Made by a program: the position numbers and the translations under genes
Shown here: positions 9,933-21,657 of the stretch, piece by piece
Numbering within the stretch: the stretch's first letter is position 1
How the letters are laid out: every line of letters starts with the position of its first letter
The notes under the pieces: model-generated
The model's input: the letters and a program-made list of their open reading frames with translations, nothing else
Databases searched by the model: none
What the model was told of the DNA's origin: nothing
Source of the DNA: Folioceros fuciformis
Lineage: Eukaryota
Reading direction: 5' to 3'
Assembly: GCA_049999805.1 (NCBI GenBank)
Contig: JBNGIO010005977.1
Span: 1 to 37,076 of the forward strand
DNA length: 37,076 bases

Positions 9933-12413
9933 ATGGCGAGTGCGGCGCAGGAGATTCAAAAGTCGGAAGATGGGTCCCTGGATTACAGGGGTCGCGCGGC
10001 TGATAAAAGACGAACTGGACGATGGAAATCTACTCCGCTCATCTTCGGTATGCAGCAACATGTTGCTGCCTGTGTCTGAAATGCTTGGAGTCGTGTTACG
10101 CGGTCATGACTGATGAACAGCTCCTTCTTGCTTCTGTCATGGGAGTTCACGGTTGAGATCAATGGTCTGCAACTCTGTCAGACTGGACTGGGTATTAGAC
10201 AAGGACATGATTTCTTGCTTCATTCTTGCAATCGATTTCTGTCGCAAGGCTTTGACGACCGTTTCGTCAGATGTCTGCTCTGCTACACAAAGCATGACAT
10301 GTATACAGGTCCATCTGATGTAGACCACCTGACGGATTGGAGTCTTGTCCGAGTGCCAGTGATTGAAACAGTGGAGAGAATGTCTACACTGGGAATTGCC
10401 GTGAACCTGGTGACGTACCTGGGGAAGAACATGCACCTGGCGGTTCCAGAATCCGCCAACATTGTGACAAACTATCTGGGAACCTCCTTCATGTGCTGCC
10501 TGATAGGAGGCTTTGTGGCTGACACCTATCTGGGCCGCTACCGCACAATCGTAGTCTCAGCGATCATCCAGTGCTCGGTAAGACGGACGGGCCATGCGTC
10601 GGCTCACATTCATGAATGTGTGCAGGTTGCGTTGCTCACATTCTGTACGCGTTTCACAGGGCATGATTCTTCTCGCACTGTCAGCATCGCTGCCAGCATT
10701 GAGACCGCCCAGTTGCACTCCACCTCTCTGCAAGCCTGCTCACGGTGTGGTGCTGACATGTTTCTTCGCCGCCCTTTACCTCATGGCCATTGGTACTGGT
10801 GGAATCAAGTCCAACGTCTCTGCTTTCGGCGCCGACCAGTTCGATGACAAAGACCCCTACGAGAAAAGGCAGCTTGTCTACTACTTCAACGCCTTCTTCT
10901 GCTTCATCTCCATTGGGTCCATGCTGGCCGTGACTTTCTCCGTGCTTCTCCAGGTAAACGTTTTGCCGAGATATGCAAGTGTCTTGGTCATAGAAGTTCC
11001 AGAATGGAAGCATAAGGGTCACATCGTAAGCATTGGAGCGTCTCATCGTGGGCTGCCGCAGGAACAATACGGGCGAGGATGGGGCTATGGAGTGTCAGCG
11101 GCAGCTATGCTTTCAGCCATCACCTTATTCCTTACAGGGTCTCCGTTGTTCCGGTTCAAACCTCCAAAGGGCAGTCCTGTTATTCAAGTTCTCAGAGTGC
11201 TGGTGGCAGCTGTGAGAAACCGCAACCTGGAATTGCCATCCGATCCTATGAAGCTGTATGAGACAAGTTTCAAAGTAGGAGACCAAAAAGCGAATCAGAA
11301 GATCAGCCACACAAACCAATTCAGGTACCTCACCTTGCTAATCCAATTGACTCCAACCTTGCATTCTAAGCCTCCAGTACTACTGACATCACGCCCATGC
11401 GGGTTGGTGCAGATTTTTGGACAAGGCAGCAATACTTGTGCCGCAGGACCCTGAATCAGGCAAGGATTGGAGCCCATGGAGGCTCTGTACAGTGACAGAG
11501 GTGGAGGAGATCAAAGTGATGATCAGGCTGCTCCCCATCTGGGCAAGCACCATCCTCTTCTACACTGCATACGCACAGCAGCAAACATTCTCAGTGGAGC
11601 AGGGTACCACTATGGATCGCAGCCTGGGCAGGATCCAGATCCCTGCAGCCTCCATGGGAGCCTTCCTACAAGGGGGGATCATCGTGACTGTGGCCTCGTA
11701 TGACAAATTCGTCATCCCTCTGGTAACCAACATCCCCAGCAGCGTGCTCCCTTCCCCCTAACTCTCCCACCTGCGCAAACTTCAAGCTCACGCGTCCATC
11801 CTTCCTTGTGCAGGGAAGGAAGATCACCAAAACACAAAAAGGCATCACCTCACTGCAACGAATCGCAATCGGGCTCCTCCTGGCCGTGATCGGCATGGCA
11901 GTGGCAGCCTTGGTGGAGATCAAACGCCAGAAAGTAGCCCAGTCGCACGGACTGACAGCAGCCACCAGCTCAGGCGGCACCCAAATCGTGCCCATGAGCA
12001 TCGCCTGGCTCATCCTCCAGTTTCTCATTGTGGGCATCGGAGAAGGTTTCATCTACGTCGGGCAGTTAGACTTCTTCTACAACGAAGCACCTGCCTCCAT
12101 GAAAAGCATGGCAGCCGGGCTGTTCCTCAGTACCATCGCCCTTGGCTTCTTCAGCAGCACTCTCCTGGTGGGTGCCGTGAAGATGGCCACCCGAAGCCCA
12201 AGCAAACCCAATGGCTGGCTGGATAACAACCTCAACGTCTCCCGCCTGTCCGATTTCTACTGGCTCCTCTCCCTGCTCATCTTCGTCAACACCCTTGCCT
12301 ACTGGCTGTGTGCCAAGTGGTACAAGTACAAAGTGCCCGTTGCAGATGCCTCTCCAGAACACCAACTCCAACAAGTGGAGCTTCAAACAGCAATCATGGA
12401 GTATGAGCAGTGA
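9933..12413 (+). CDS. NPF (NRT1/PTR) transporter, NPF6/NRT1.1-like, copy 2
   Basis: Exons 9933-10047, 10360-10577, 10660-10953, 11062-11324, 11413-11722, 11814-12413 (GT-AG). Starts MASAAQEIQKSEDGSLDYRGRAADKRRTGRWKSTPLIF; ETVER; NLVTYLGKNMHL..SANIVTNYLGTSFMCCLIGGFVADTYLGRYRT; GTGGIKSNVSAFGADQFD; WRLCTVTEVEEIK; GQLDFFYNEAP. Confidence 0.95.
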
Positions 12414-12953
12414 AAGAAGGCTGTCACTCAGATCAAACAAGTACAAAGGAGGAAGAATTCAGAGGAGTGTCAGATTTGAGCTGCTTCCCTCATCAATTAG
12501 CATAGAAAAGCAAGAACATGGACCAATAAAAGAAGGTGTTAGATTTGCGCTCTTCCCATCCAATCATCCATTAGCATGCAACATATCACACGCAAGTTCG
12601 CTGCGTTGAACAGACTTGTATACATCAGATGTTGAACTTTGTGTTCTCTTTGTCTTAGCAGATGAAATATTTGATAGCGATAGAAATTGAGTTGTCTTGC
12701 ACCCTAGTGATATATACGATATTAATTCAACAGATAAATTCACTTACGGTATGTGCTTGTGACTAGTTGCCCCTCTACGACATGCACTGCTCCCTGTGGT
12801 ATGAGTGGAAGGAAAGTTGCACGTTTCACATGCAGACAAAGAAGCAGAGTAGCAGCAGCTTTGCAGGCGCCAGAATTCTGGGAAGCATGTGATGCAGTGG
12901 CTGGCTCCAGATCGGGTGTGGGGACTGCTTCAGGATAGGCCAGAGAAGAAGGT

Positions 12954-13008
12954 GGAGGCAGAGGAGGAGGAGGAGCAGGGGCAGGAGCAGGAGCAGGAGC
13001 AGGAGCGG
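12954..13008 (+). repeat. (GAG)n/(GAGCAG)n microsatellite upstream of the conserved SNX1 start
   Basis: ggaggcagaggaggaggaggagcaggggcaggagcaggagcaggagcaggagcgg. Confidence 0.8.
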
Positions 13009-13029
13009 AGTGATTCGAGCTTAGGCGGC

Positions 13030-14268
13030 ATGAATTCGAGGAGGAGCTCGACGGTGGGTCCTGGGAGCCCCGGCAACTCATCGGGGCAGGAAGGGGAGCC
13101 GTTCCTGCTTGTCCAGGTCACTGATCCGGTGAAGCTCGGGAATGGAGTGCAGGCGTATGTTTCCTACAAAGTGAGCTCCAAGACGAACATGCTGGAGTAC
13201 CGGGGGCCGGAGAAGATTGTCATCCGAAGGTACAGCGACTTCGTGTGGCTGCACGACCGTCTGCTGGAGAAGTACAAGGGAGTGATCATACCGCCTCTGC
13301 CGGAGAAGAGCGCGGTGGAAAAGTTCCGCTTCAGCTCGGAGTTCATCGAGATCAGGAGGAAGGCCCTGGATGTGTATGCTAACCGGATTGCTGCGCATCC
13401 ACTGCTGCGGGCCAGCGAAGATCTGAGGAATTTCTTACAGGCGGATGAGGAGATCTGGAGCATGGAGAGGGCCAAGACTCACGATGGTGTGTTCAAGAGG
13501 AAGCCGAGCGAGTTCATGCAGATGTTTAAGGATGTGCAGAGTAAGGTGAGCGACGTGGTGCTGGGGAAGGAGAAGCCTGTGGAGGAGTTGGATCCTGAGA
13601 ATGAGAAGTGGAAACGGTATGTGGTGGAGCTGGAGGAGCACACGGCTGAGGTGCAGAAGCAGTCTTTCCGGCTGGTGAAGAGGTTGAAGGACAGCGGGGC
13701 GGCTCTGGAGGGTTTTGGGAAGTCCTCTAAAGGCCTTGGGTCTTGCGAGGAGCAACCTTTAGGTAAGGCTTTCCAGGAGCTGGGGAGCCGAGCCGAGCAG
13801 GTTTCTTACAAGATGCAGCAGCAGGCACAGGACGTGCTGATGAATTTTGAGGAGCCGTTGAAGGAGTTGGTAAGAACCATTCAGGCCAGTAAGGTTGTAT
13901 TGGCGGACAGAGCTCTGGCTTACAAGACGTATAGGGAACTGGCTGATGCTTGCAAGCTCAAGGAACTCAACTTGGAGAAGCTCAGGGTGCTCCGGGCAGA
14001 CAAGGTGCACGATGCTGAGATTGAACTAAGGGAGATGGTCATTCAATGTGATGAAGCCAAAGCACGCTATGATTCTATTGTAAGATTAATGGCGCAGGAA
14101 ATTGTTAGGTTTCAGGAATCCAAGACGAGAGATTTAGGGTTGGTCCTTCATGACTTTGCTCAAGAACAGGCTGCTTTTCATGTTGAATTGGCCAACATTT
14201 GGCGTAGTCTTCTGCCCACCTTGAGTGTGAATGGCACTGCTGACAGTAAAGCCCCTGTTTCCACCTAG
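13030..14268 (+). CDS. SNX1: Sorting nexin 1 (PX-BAR retromer-associated protein), intronless; alternative upstream in-frame ATG at 12892
   Basis: Single ORF; PX domain VTDPVKLGNGVQAYVSYKV..PEKIVIRRYSDFVWLHDRLLEKYKGVIIPPLPEKSAVEKFRFSSEFIE is near-identical to plant SNX1 as recalled; helical BAR region to ANIWRSLLP. Confidence 0.95.
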   Translation: MNSRRSSTVGPGSPGNSSGQEGEPFLLVQVTDPVKLGNGVQAYVSYKVSSKTNMLEYRGPEKIVIRRYSDFVWLHDRLLEKYKGVIIPPLPEKSAVEKFRFSSEFIEIRRKALDVYANRIAAHPLLRASEDLRNFLQADEEIWSMERAKTHDGVFKRKPSEFMQMFKDVQSKVSDVVLGKEKPVEELDPENEKWKRYVVELEEHTAEVQKQSFRLVKRLKDSGAALEGFGKSSKGLGSCEEQPLGKAFQELGSRAEQVSYKMQQQAQDVLMNFEEPLKELVRTIQASKVVLADRALAYKTYRELADACKLKELNLEKLRVLRADKVHDAEIELREMVIQCDEAKARYDSIVRLMAQEIVRFQESKTRDLGLVLHDFAQEQAAFHVELANIWRSLLPTLSVNGTADSKAPVST

Positions 14269-15121
14269 TCTTTCATTGGCATTTTTCATGGTGCGGACTG
14301 CCACTCGTGACTGCTTTGCCTTCGCCAATGACTCCTCTTCACAGCTGGTTAGCTTAGCTATCTTATGTTTGCCCATCACACCCATCAGACACCGGCATTT
14401 TTGGTGCAGAACCTGGGAACCTGTTGAATTCGGTTCAGTTGGAACCTGTTGTAACTGGTTCAAAAGGAATCGTGTTGTGAGTCAGGCTTCAGATGTAGAT
14501 TGGTGGTTGGCGGATCTGAGAAGAAATAGCAAGCAGGACATCTTTCATCAGGCAGGTCCCTATGTATAGTACTCCGCAATCCGAAAGATGACGGAGTGTC
14601 TGCGGCAATTTCTCTGAAAAGTTTACGGAAACCATTTTTGAGTTTTTAACGATTTGACTTTCATGATTTCTAATTATTTATTTAAAAAAAATCCACGTTT
14701 TCTACGACAAGCTCTCGATCTCCTTGGAATCGGAAACCCTAAACCGTCTTGGGAAAACATGAGTTGGGCGCAGGTTTGCACATCAGGGCTGCGTAAATAG
14801 ATAATAGCCCTGATAAAACTGTGTAATGTCGTGATCACGATGAACAAATGGCAATAACTTCCAGTTGCCGCCTAACCTTGTAGGCGTCCTACCTTGAGCA
14901 CCTCCGGCCGGTTGTTGTCCATGGGGAGGGAGCAAGGGTTCCCGGGTGGGATCTATACTGTTAAATATATGTACACGAGACGGATGCCTGTAACAGGTTG
15001 TCCTCGGGATGTCTGACAGATGCAGCCGAGCCTCTGAAGCACGCATGGAAATGCGTCCTAACCGAAGCCTGTGTGTAAAATAAGGCTGGCCTTGTAATGT
15101 ACAACTGCACAGACCCGTCCC

Positions 15122-18086
15122 CTATTTCGGAACATTGGACACGTCCTTTGTCCTTCTGCGACCAGGAGGTAATTTGGTTTCAGGACTCTTTTCCGGCAGA
15201 GGCTGATTCGTCAGCGCGAAGGTGTCCGCTGTTGTCGACTGTACGAGCCACGACTTCAAAACATCGCCGTGACTCACAATTCTACCTTCGTTCCAAGGAG
15301 CGAACTGAAAGGGCGCACCCAAGGATGTCAGGCTTGAGTAGATGGCGTTGGCCACCGGCAATTCCTTGACATCTGTTTCAGGGTCTAGAGCGCCCCACCT
15401 GGAATCAGCCACCACATTCGTGTGTGAGTCGATGCGAGGCAACTTCGATGAACACAGATGACAAAATCACTTGGACAACTCACTTTGTAACTATGCTTAG
15501 CACTGGAGGAAACTCCTCATCCAAACAAGCCGCCTCTCGAAGGTCATTCAGCCACACTGCCAAAGCTATTAGAGCAGCTCCTGTTCCCATCCTGCATACA
15601 CAAGAGCGTGTTGAGGACTGACACAAGTAATCTGTGAAGATCGTTTGGATGGTGACACAAAGGCAAGACACATCGAAATGACCACCAACCTGTGAATGTC
15701 GATGGACCACATTAAGGGGCTTCTATGATACGCCTCAGCAAAGACGCCCCTCCGTCTTGCCCCTTCAAGTACTAGCACACCCCGTTGCCTTTGGTTGAAC
15801 CCCCATAGCACTTCAAGAAGGCCACTAAAGAATACCATGTTGCTACCTACCCCATCCACTTTAAGATTGTCAAACTCGTGTTCCACCATCTGCCATTTTG
15901 TACCCACATCATACTTCCCCCTAATTAAACCTGAGACAACTACATGCAGCTCTGGCATCTTGTGTCCCTGCATTTCGTCTAGCAACTTGTGTGCATCGTC
16001 CCATCTAACGACAAAGACCACAATTATTTTATCAACCATCAACCAGAAAACAATAAGGTCCTCAATGCTCAGAACAGCACCGTCATCATAGATACCGCAA
16101 AACTCACCTACTACGCCTTGCACAGACAGCAAGCATGAGGCAGTATGAAGTTGCCTGGGGCACACCGCCGCCCTCCTTCATCTCTAAAAACTGGGCCTTT
16201 GCCTCGTCAAAGAGGCCCGCGTGACAATAAACACTCAAAAGCGCTTCATGAGTCTGTTGATTGGGCCGATGCCGAACCTCCAGCATGTCCTGAAAGATAG
16301 CTATGGCATCATTGTGCAAACCGACACGACCATAGGCCTGAATCAAGGAGTTGAATGTTCGAACAGACGCTGGAATGCTAGCCTCGTGCATGCTAACAAG
16401 AGTTGCTCCGGCCTCCTGATACAGGCCACCCCGAGCATATGTTTCGATAAGAGCATCATAGACACCCTGGTCTGGCTCACATTCGGCCTCCAGCATACTC
16501 CTGAAAGTGATCTCTGCCTCTTGATACATGGCTGCCTTCCCATAGGCATTGATCAGCCCAGTGTAAACCTCGGCAGTGGGATCCACATTGTTCTTCAACA
16601 TGTGCCTGTAGATCTGGGTGGCCTCCTTATGGAGTCCCCCTTTCCCACAAGAGTACAGCAGCCCTGTGTAGGTCACCATATTAGGCTCCACACCTCCATC
16701 CAGCATATCATGGAAAAGACTGATTGACTCTCTGAAGTAGCCTCCCTGTCCAAAAACTTGGATCAGGGTGTTATAAGTTACCACATTGGGATCTGTCCCT
16801 CTGTTCTTCATGTCTAGAAAAAGACCTCTCACCTCATCGTAGCTGCCATGTTTACCATAGGCTTCCAACAACGTACTATATGTGCTCACGTCAGGTGGGC
16901 ATCCTGCCTCCTGCATCTGCTTGAAAACCGCAGCAGCTGCCCCGATAGTTCCGGCCTTGGCATAAGCCTCTATCAACACATTATACGCCAACACATCAGG
17001 AACGTTTCCGGCCCTTTCCATTTCCCTCAGCAGCTCAGCAGCACCCTCATACAGTCCAGCGCGACCGTACGTGTCAACCAGCGACGTGTAAGTAATGAGG
17101 TCAGGCACAACACCAGCCTCATTCATGGTCCTGAACACCATTCCCGCCTCCTCCACAAGACCCCTGCTGCTGCAGGCACTGAGCAGGGTGTTGTAAGTGA
17201 TGATATCCGGTTGTATTCCCTCGTGTCTCATCTGTGCAAAGAGCCCTAGCAACCCCTCCCAATCAAGCCCCCCCTTGGCACACGCGTTGATCACCGTGTT
17301 ATAGGTGATCAAATTAGGAGTCACCCGCTCCCTCTTCATCCGGGCCAGCAGAGCAAGCGAGGCCTGGTGCTGTCCGTTCCTACCATACGCATTGATCAAT
17401 GCGGTGAATGAATACACATTCCACTCCACGTCATTGGCAGGCATCTCCTCAAACAGTTCCGAACACTTCTCCAACAACCCCTCCCTTCCCATGATCCCTA
17501 TAACGATGGTGTAGATATGTTCATTGGGCTTGCACCACTGCTGACGCTGCATGTACTTGAACAGCCGCAAGGATCTGTGCCAGTCCCCTCGCTGAGCGAA
17601 TTCCCGAAAAATGAGCGAGAAGTCCTGCATCGACAGCCGGTTCCTGAAGCTCTCCATGCACCTGGCTATGCTTCCCCTGGGCGCCAGGGCACTCAACTGG
17701 TTGATTGCGTTCTCAACGTCGTAGCTGTACTTCCCCTTCTCCACCTCCATGACCTCCACCTGAGCCTTGGCCGTCTTAGGTGGCGGACCTGACGGTTTTC
17801 CCTGTCTCCCTCCACCATCCTTCTGCTGCGAATTCACCACTTCTGTCCGCTCTTGATACACCGTCACCGAGCTCACCACCAGCCCCCTGCTCTGAATCCT
17901 GTTCCTCAAGCTCCTGCTGCTGCCAAAGCTGCTGCTGCTGCTGCTCCACATCATCCCCAGGCAGGGGCAGCGAGACCCCACCTCCTGCCATCTCCCGCTG
18001 CTCAAACTGTAGATTTTTCCTGAAAGGTTGGGCTGGAGCAACCCCCAGGGCAAACAGTCTTGCCGCCAGCACTGCTGCACGGCCAT
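15122..18086 (-). CDS. PTAC2: pTAC2/PAP2 plastid PPR-SMR protein (PEP-associated)
   Basis: Exons (minus) 18086-16108, 16004-15690, 15591-15484, 15398-15122, all GT-AG. Transit-peptide-like N-terminus, then KGKYSYDVENAINQLSALAPRGSIARC..GDWHRSLRLFKYMQRQQWCKPNEHIYTI, tandem 35-aa PPR motifs, and SMR region WSIDIHRMGTGAALIALAVWLND..WNEGRI. Confidence 0.95.
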
Positions 18087-18393
18087 AGCTCTGCCTCACA
18101 GCCACCTGTCGGGCCTCATTGTGACCACAGCCCGCACAAGCCCAGCCAGCTTAGGGCGCAATGTCGTGCCTCTCCTGTATTTCGGTCGAGTGCAAGTGGT
18201 CGTTGCGGAATTCGATCTCGCCGTGTTGAGTTTCCTCTAACACAGTTTCCTTTCTCTGTAATTACAGTTCCCCACTATGTATATACGTTCACAAGGACTC
18301 TCGCAGCTTTTACCTGTTGCAAAATTTTTGATTTGTGTGCGCTTGAGGTGGACTGAAATTCTGGGAGCGCTTCCGCCATCAGAGCTTTAGCTG
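18087..18393. promoter_or_regulatory. Short (307 bp) divergent intergenic region, likely bidirectional promoter of pTAC2 and the G-patch gene
   Basis: ATGs at 18086 (-) and 18394 (+) face away from each other; TATA-like tatatacg near 18280. Confidence 0.55.
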
Positions 18394-19560
18394 ATGGACG
18401 AGCAAGGTGCCAATGGAGGGGGAGGCGGGAAGAAATCTGCTGTGACCCTCAGCTTCAAGCGGAAACCAGGCAGCACGGTCAAGGTGGTGGAGAAAGTGAA
18501 GGAGGACCAGCCCCGAGAGGGAGTGGAAATATTAACGGCCTACGATGCGGAGGTTGCGTCAAGGAAGACGCTACCAGCTCTCAAGGTGATTCCCAAGCAG
18601 GAGAACACATGGCGACCCGAAAGGAGACTGAAGAACTTCACCGTAGAGGCGGAGATCACTGCAGAGGCGACCGATGCCAGGTTTGAGGCAGAAACCCTGC
18701 CGTCAGGTCCAAAACCTGATGTGCAGTATGGCCTGACTGTGCGGGATGGTGGTGCGGGGCAGCGGGATGAACTGAGGGCAGTGTCTAGCGGCGATGCGGA
18801 AGGGGAGGCGTTGCGAAAGGATTTGCAAGAGCTGCCGGACGAGTCCTCTCTGGAGGCATATGAGAGGATGCCCATAGAGGATTTCGGGGAGGCTTTGCTG
18901 AGGGGGATGGGGTGGGAGAAGGGCAAGCCAATAGGGCGGAGATGTAAGGAGGTCGTGGAGCCTGTTCAGTACAGCAGGCGGGAGCAGCGGCTAGGGCTGG
19001 GAGCGAAGCCTGTGCCTGTGGAGATTGCCAAGAAGTCAGGGGGCCGAAGAGGGGACAGGGATATGGGACCTCCGGCTCCTGCGGAGCGTGGTGATAGCAG
19101 GGGCTTTGGTAGAACATCTCAAAACGGGAGCTCGGAGAGAGTGACAGATCGGGGGAGCAGTCAGAGGGCGGCGGATCGGGTAAGTAGTCTGAGAAATTCT
19201 GACTCACGGGAAAGCAGAGGGCGGAGTTGGTCTAATGATGGGGCGTCCGTTGAGGGTAGAGGGAGACGCTCGGATCATAGTCCAGCACGAGATTGCGGGG
19301 CTCAGGACTTGGATGGTCCATCAGGTCTGGAGAACGATCACAGAACTAGAGAAATGGCCAGGCGAAGGAGTGACTCAAATTTTGATCAACCAGCTCATAG
19401 CAGAAGAGGAGGCAACAATGACGACGAAATGATAAGAAGACATCGGGATCGTGAACATGAGGAGAGTAGAAGCAGTTCGTACGATGTGCCTAGGGACAGG
19501 AATTCGAGAAGCAGGCAGTCAGATCGGTCCTCGCACTCAGAAAAAAGGAGGAGGGACTGA
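18394..19560 (+). CDS. G-patch protein of the Spp2/MOS2/GPKOW type with Arg/Ser-rich C-terminus (no KOW domain seen)
   Basis: Single 388-aa ORF: VIPKQENTWRP, YGL, LRKDLQELPDESSLEAYERMPIEDFGEALLRGMGWEKGKPIGR..LGLGA (Spp2/MOS2-type G-patch). Confidence 0.85.
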   Translation: MDEQGANGGGGGKKSAVTLSFKRKPGSTVKVVEKVKEDQPREGVEILTAYDAEVASRKTLPALKVIPKQENTWRPERRLKNFTVEAEITAEATDARFEAETLPSGPKPDVQYGLTVRDGGAGQRDELRAVSSGDAEGEALRKDLQELPDESSLEAYERMPIEDFGEALLRGMGWEKGKPIGRRCKEVVEPVQYSRREQRLGLGAKPVPVEIAKKSGGRRGDRDMGPPAPAERGDSRGFGRTSQNGSSERVTDRGSSQRAADRVSSLRNSDSRESRGRSWSNDGASVEGRGRRSDHSPARDCGAQDLDGPSGLENDHRTREMARRRSDSNFDQPAHSRRGGNNDDEMIRRHRDREHEESRSSSYDVPRDRNSRSRQSDRSSHSEKRRRD

Positions 19561-20031
19561 ACTATGTTTGTAGGAGCTGAACATTTCAGCTCATTCTGAA
19601 GCCTCAGGAAACTTTTAGAAACGTGGCACCAAATAGTGAAACGAGGTAGAGTAGTCCAAGCTTTATCTGGGCTTACTGCAACATGAGAGCTTGCGAACAA
19701 AACTCGGAACTTCAGCCAAGACGTGGGTATCAATCAGTCTTGGGCACCTCACTTACTTCCTTCACACAAACGTGAACAGCCAGCTATCGGTCCTAAGCGG
19801 CTACTGGGCGCATTAGGACCAATCTGCAAGATGTTACGAAGAGGGTGGTACCTGACTTGCTAATCTACTGATCTGCCATTTGTACCGCGCAATGGCCTAA
19901 ACCTCTAGATGCGCCTCAAGGATCGACAGACAAAACAAATCTATCTCACGGGCCAAAGGTATGCTGAACTTCCGTACAGAAAAGTACTGCAAAAACGAGA
20001 GGCGAAGGTACAGTGTTCACCTGAGCCCGCC

Positions 20032-21657
20032 CTACACCTTGATGTGATAGTAATCTTCATCGAAGTGGTGCAGACCCACATAACCGTCTTCTCCACCACT
20101 TGAAAAACTGCAACAGAAAAGATAGTCCATACATCCGTCGTAAGCAGCTCTGCCTTCGGTAAAGCTGACTCGAGTTGAACATGATCGCATTCACGGCCTT
20201 TCTAAATACTTACCTTCTTCCATCAGGATTGAATGCCAGAGCATTCTTTGGACCGAAATGTCCTTTTACACCACCGATCTCCTGCTCACAAAACCTGCCA
20301 AATACCGCCGATCAGGAACCGTCTAGTTGAGATCACAAGAAGCACAATTTACGCTCACTACACGATACCTTATGGAAAAATTTGGCCTCAAACTTTCCGG
20401 CTCGGCGATCACCAGTTGCCACCATAGAAGCCTCTTGCCCTCCACCAATAACCGCCTGGGAAAATCAGAACAACAAAGTGTCAAGCCAGTCGCAAGAATG
20501 AAAAACCCACAAAGGCGTCGAACACATTAACATCTGCCTTGCATGATCAAGAAGAGGAAAGATGGCAGCTGCAATCACTGGTATCTCAGTGCTGTAAGTT
20601 TTCAAAAGTTGGAGAGTTCTTGTGCCCACAGCTGTCCACCACATTCAAGGACATCTCAGATAAACACTTACTAGCCTGCATCAGGACGATGTGTGGTAAT
20701 CCTTGAGCTGATTTCATGATGGACAACACATACGTTTGCACTCTTGTAGTGTGAACCAGTAGTGAAGTGAGATCCATCAGCTGATTTAGACCGAGATGAA
20801 ATAACCTGCTGTGACCTGTCTCGTGATCGCTTCCTCTCAGCACTTCACCTGTCTGCAACCAGCAATAATGTCAGAATGAGGCGAAGACTCTACTCAGCAT
20901 AATCGTTGCAAGCAATCAACTGCTTGCAGCGTTCAGCAAAGAACCCTCTGGTAGCTTTGATCTCAGAGGAAGCAAACCGCACCCTTGCACCCCAAATTCG
21001 CACTATCCCATCCTCTCCAACTCTGATGATTGTCTGATTTAGCGGTCCCCAGACCACTCCGTTGCTCCGTCCTTGAGGCCCTGCGAGTGTCATTATTGAC
21101 TCGGTACTCTCTGTCACCCACACGCAAAACCAATATACACATCAGAAAACCACTCCCATCCCTGTATAGCCCCATAGCAAACCAGAATAAGAATCACCTC
21201 ACTCCATCAACCGCCTTCACATGGATGGCTGGAGGGTTGCCCGCGAAAGGATCCGTGCTGATCATGGCTAATTTATCACCCTCCGAAAAATCCACAGCTC
21301 GAGCAGGCGAATCGAAACTATAAGTCTCCAGGACAGTACCCGTCTCCGTGTCCCAGAGTTTGGAAGATTGGTCAGCCGACCCCGTGATCAACTTTTCAGT
21401 GTGCCCTACAGCCACCCAGACGCCAAATGGCTCCACCGGCGTTAATACCTCTTCCCCTTCCGAGTTCAGAACCTACGCCCCTGCAACCTGCCAATTGCAC
21501 CGCCTCCTCCACTCCAATTGCCCGCCCAGATGAAACCAAATAACACAACGACACGGAAGGGCTGTGATCCTTGGTATAAGAGAACAGCAGATCCCGTCTC
21601 GATTACACTTAGGAACGTGAGCGGCCTCTCATGGCCCTTCAACAATATTGCCCTCAT
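20032..21657 (-). pseudogene. EIF3I: eIF3 subunit i (TRIP-1) duplicated pseudogene, retaining introns
   Basis: Colinear with the intact copy at 23884-25596. Lesions: 1-nt deletion in exon 1 (ttc cta agt vs ttc ctt aag); deletion of the 3' part of exon 1 and its donor; frameshift in exon 4 (agc agg tta vs agc aaa gtt); 1-nt insertion giving gtt ttg TGA at the start of exon 7. Confidence 0.92.

Noticed and set aside
12889..12891. ORF-track GTG/TTG starts (e.g. 12889, 27324, 35444, 604)
   Set aside because: These are bacterial-style start calls; in this eukaryotic context ATG starts and splice sites explain the genes.
14569..14600. Small inverted repeat actccg..cggagt resembling a MITE footprint
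   Set aside because: Only a 6-bp stem and no clear TSD; expected by chance.
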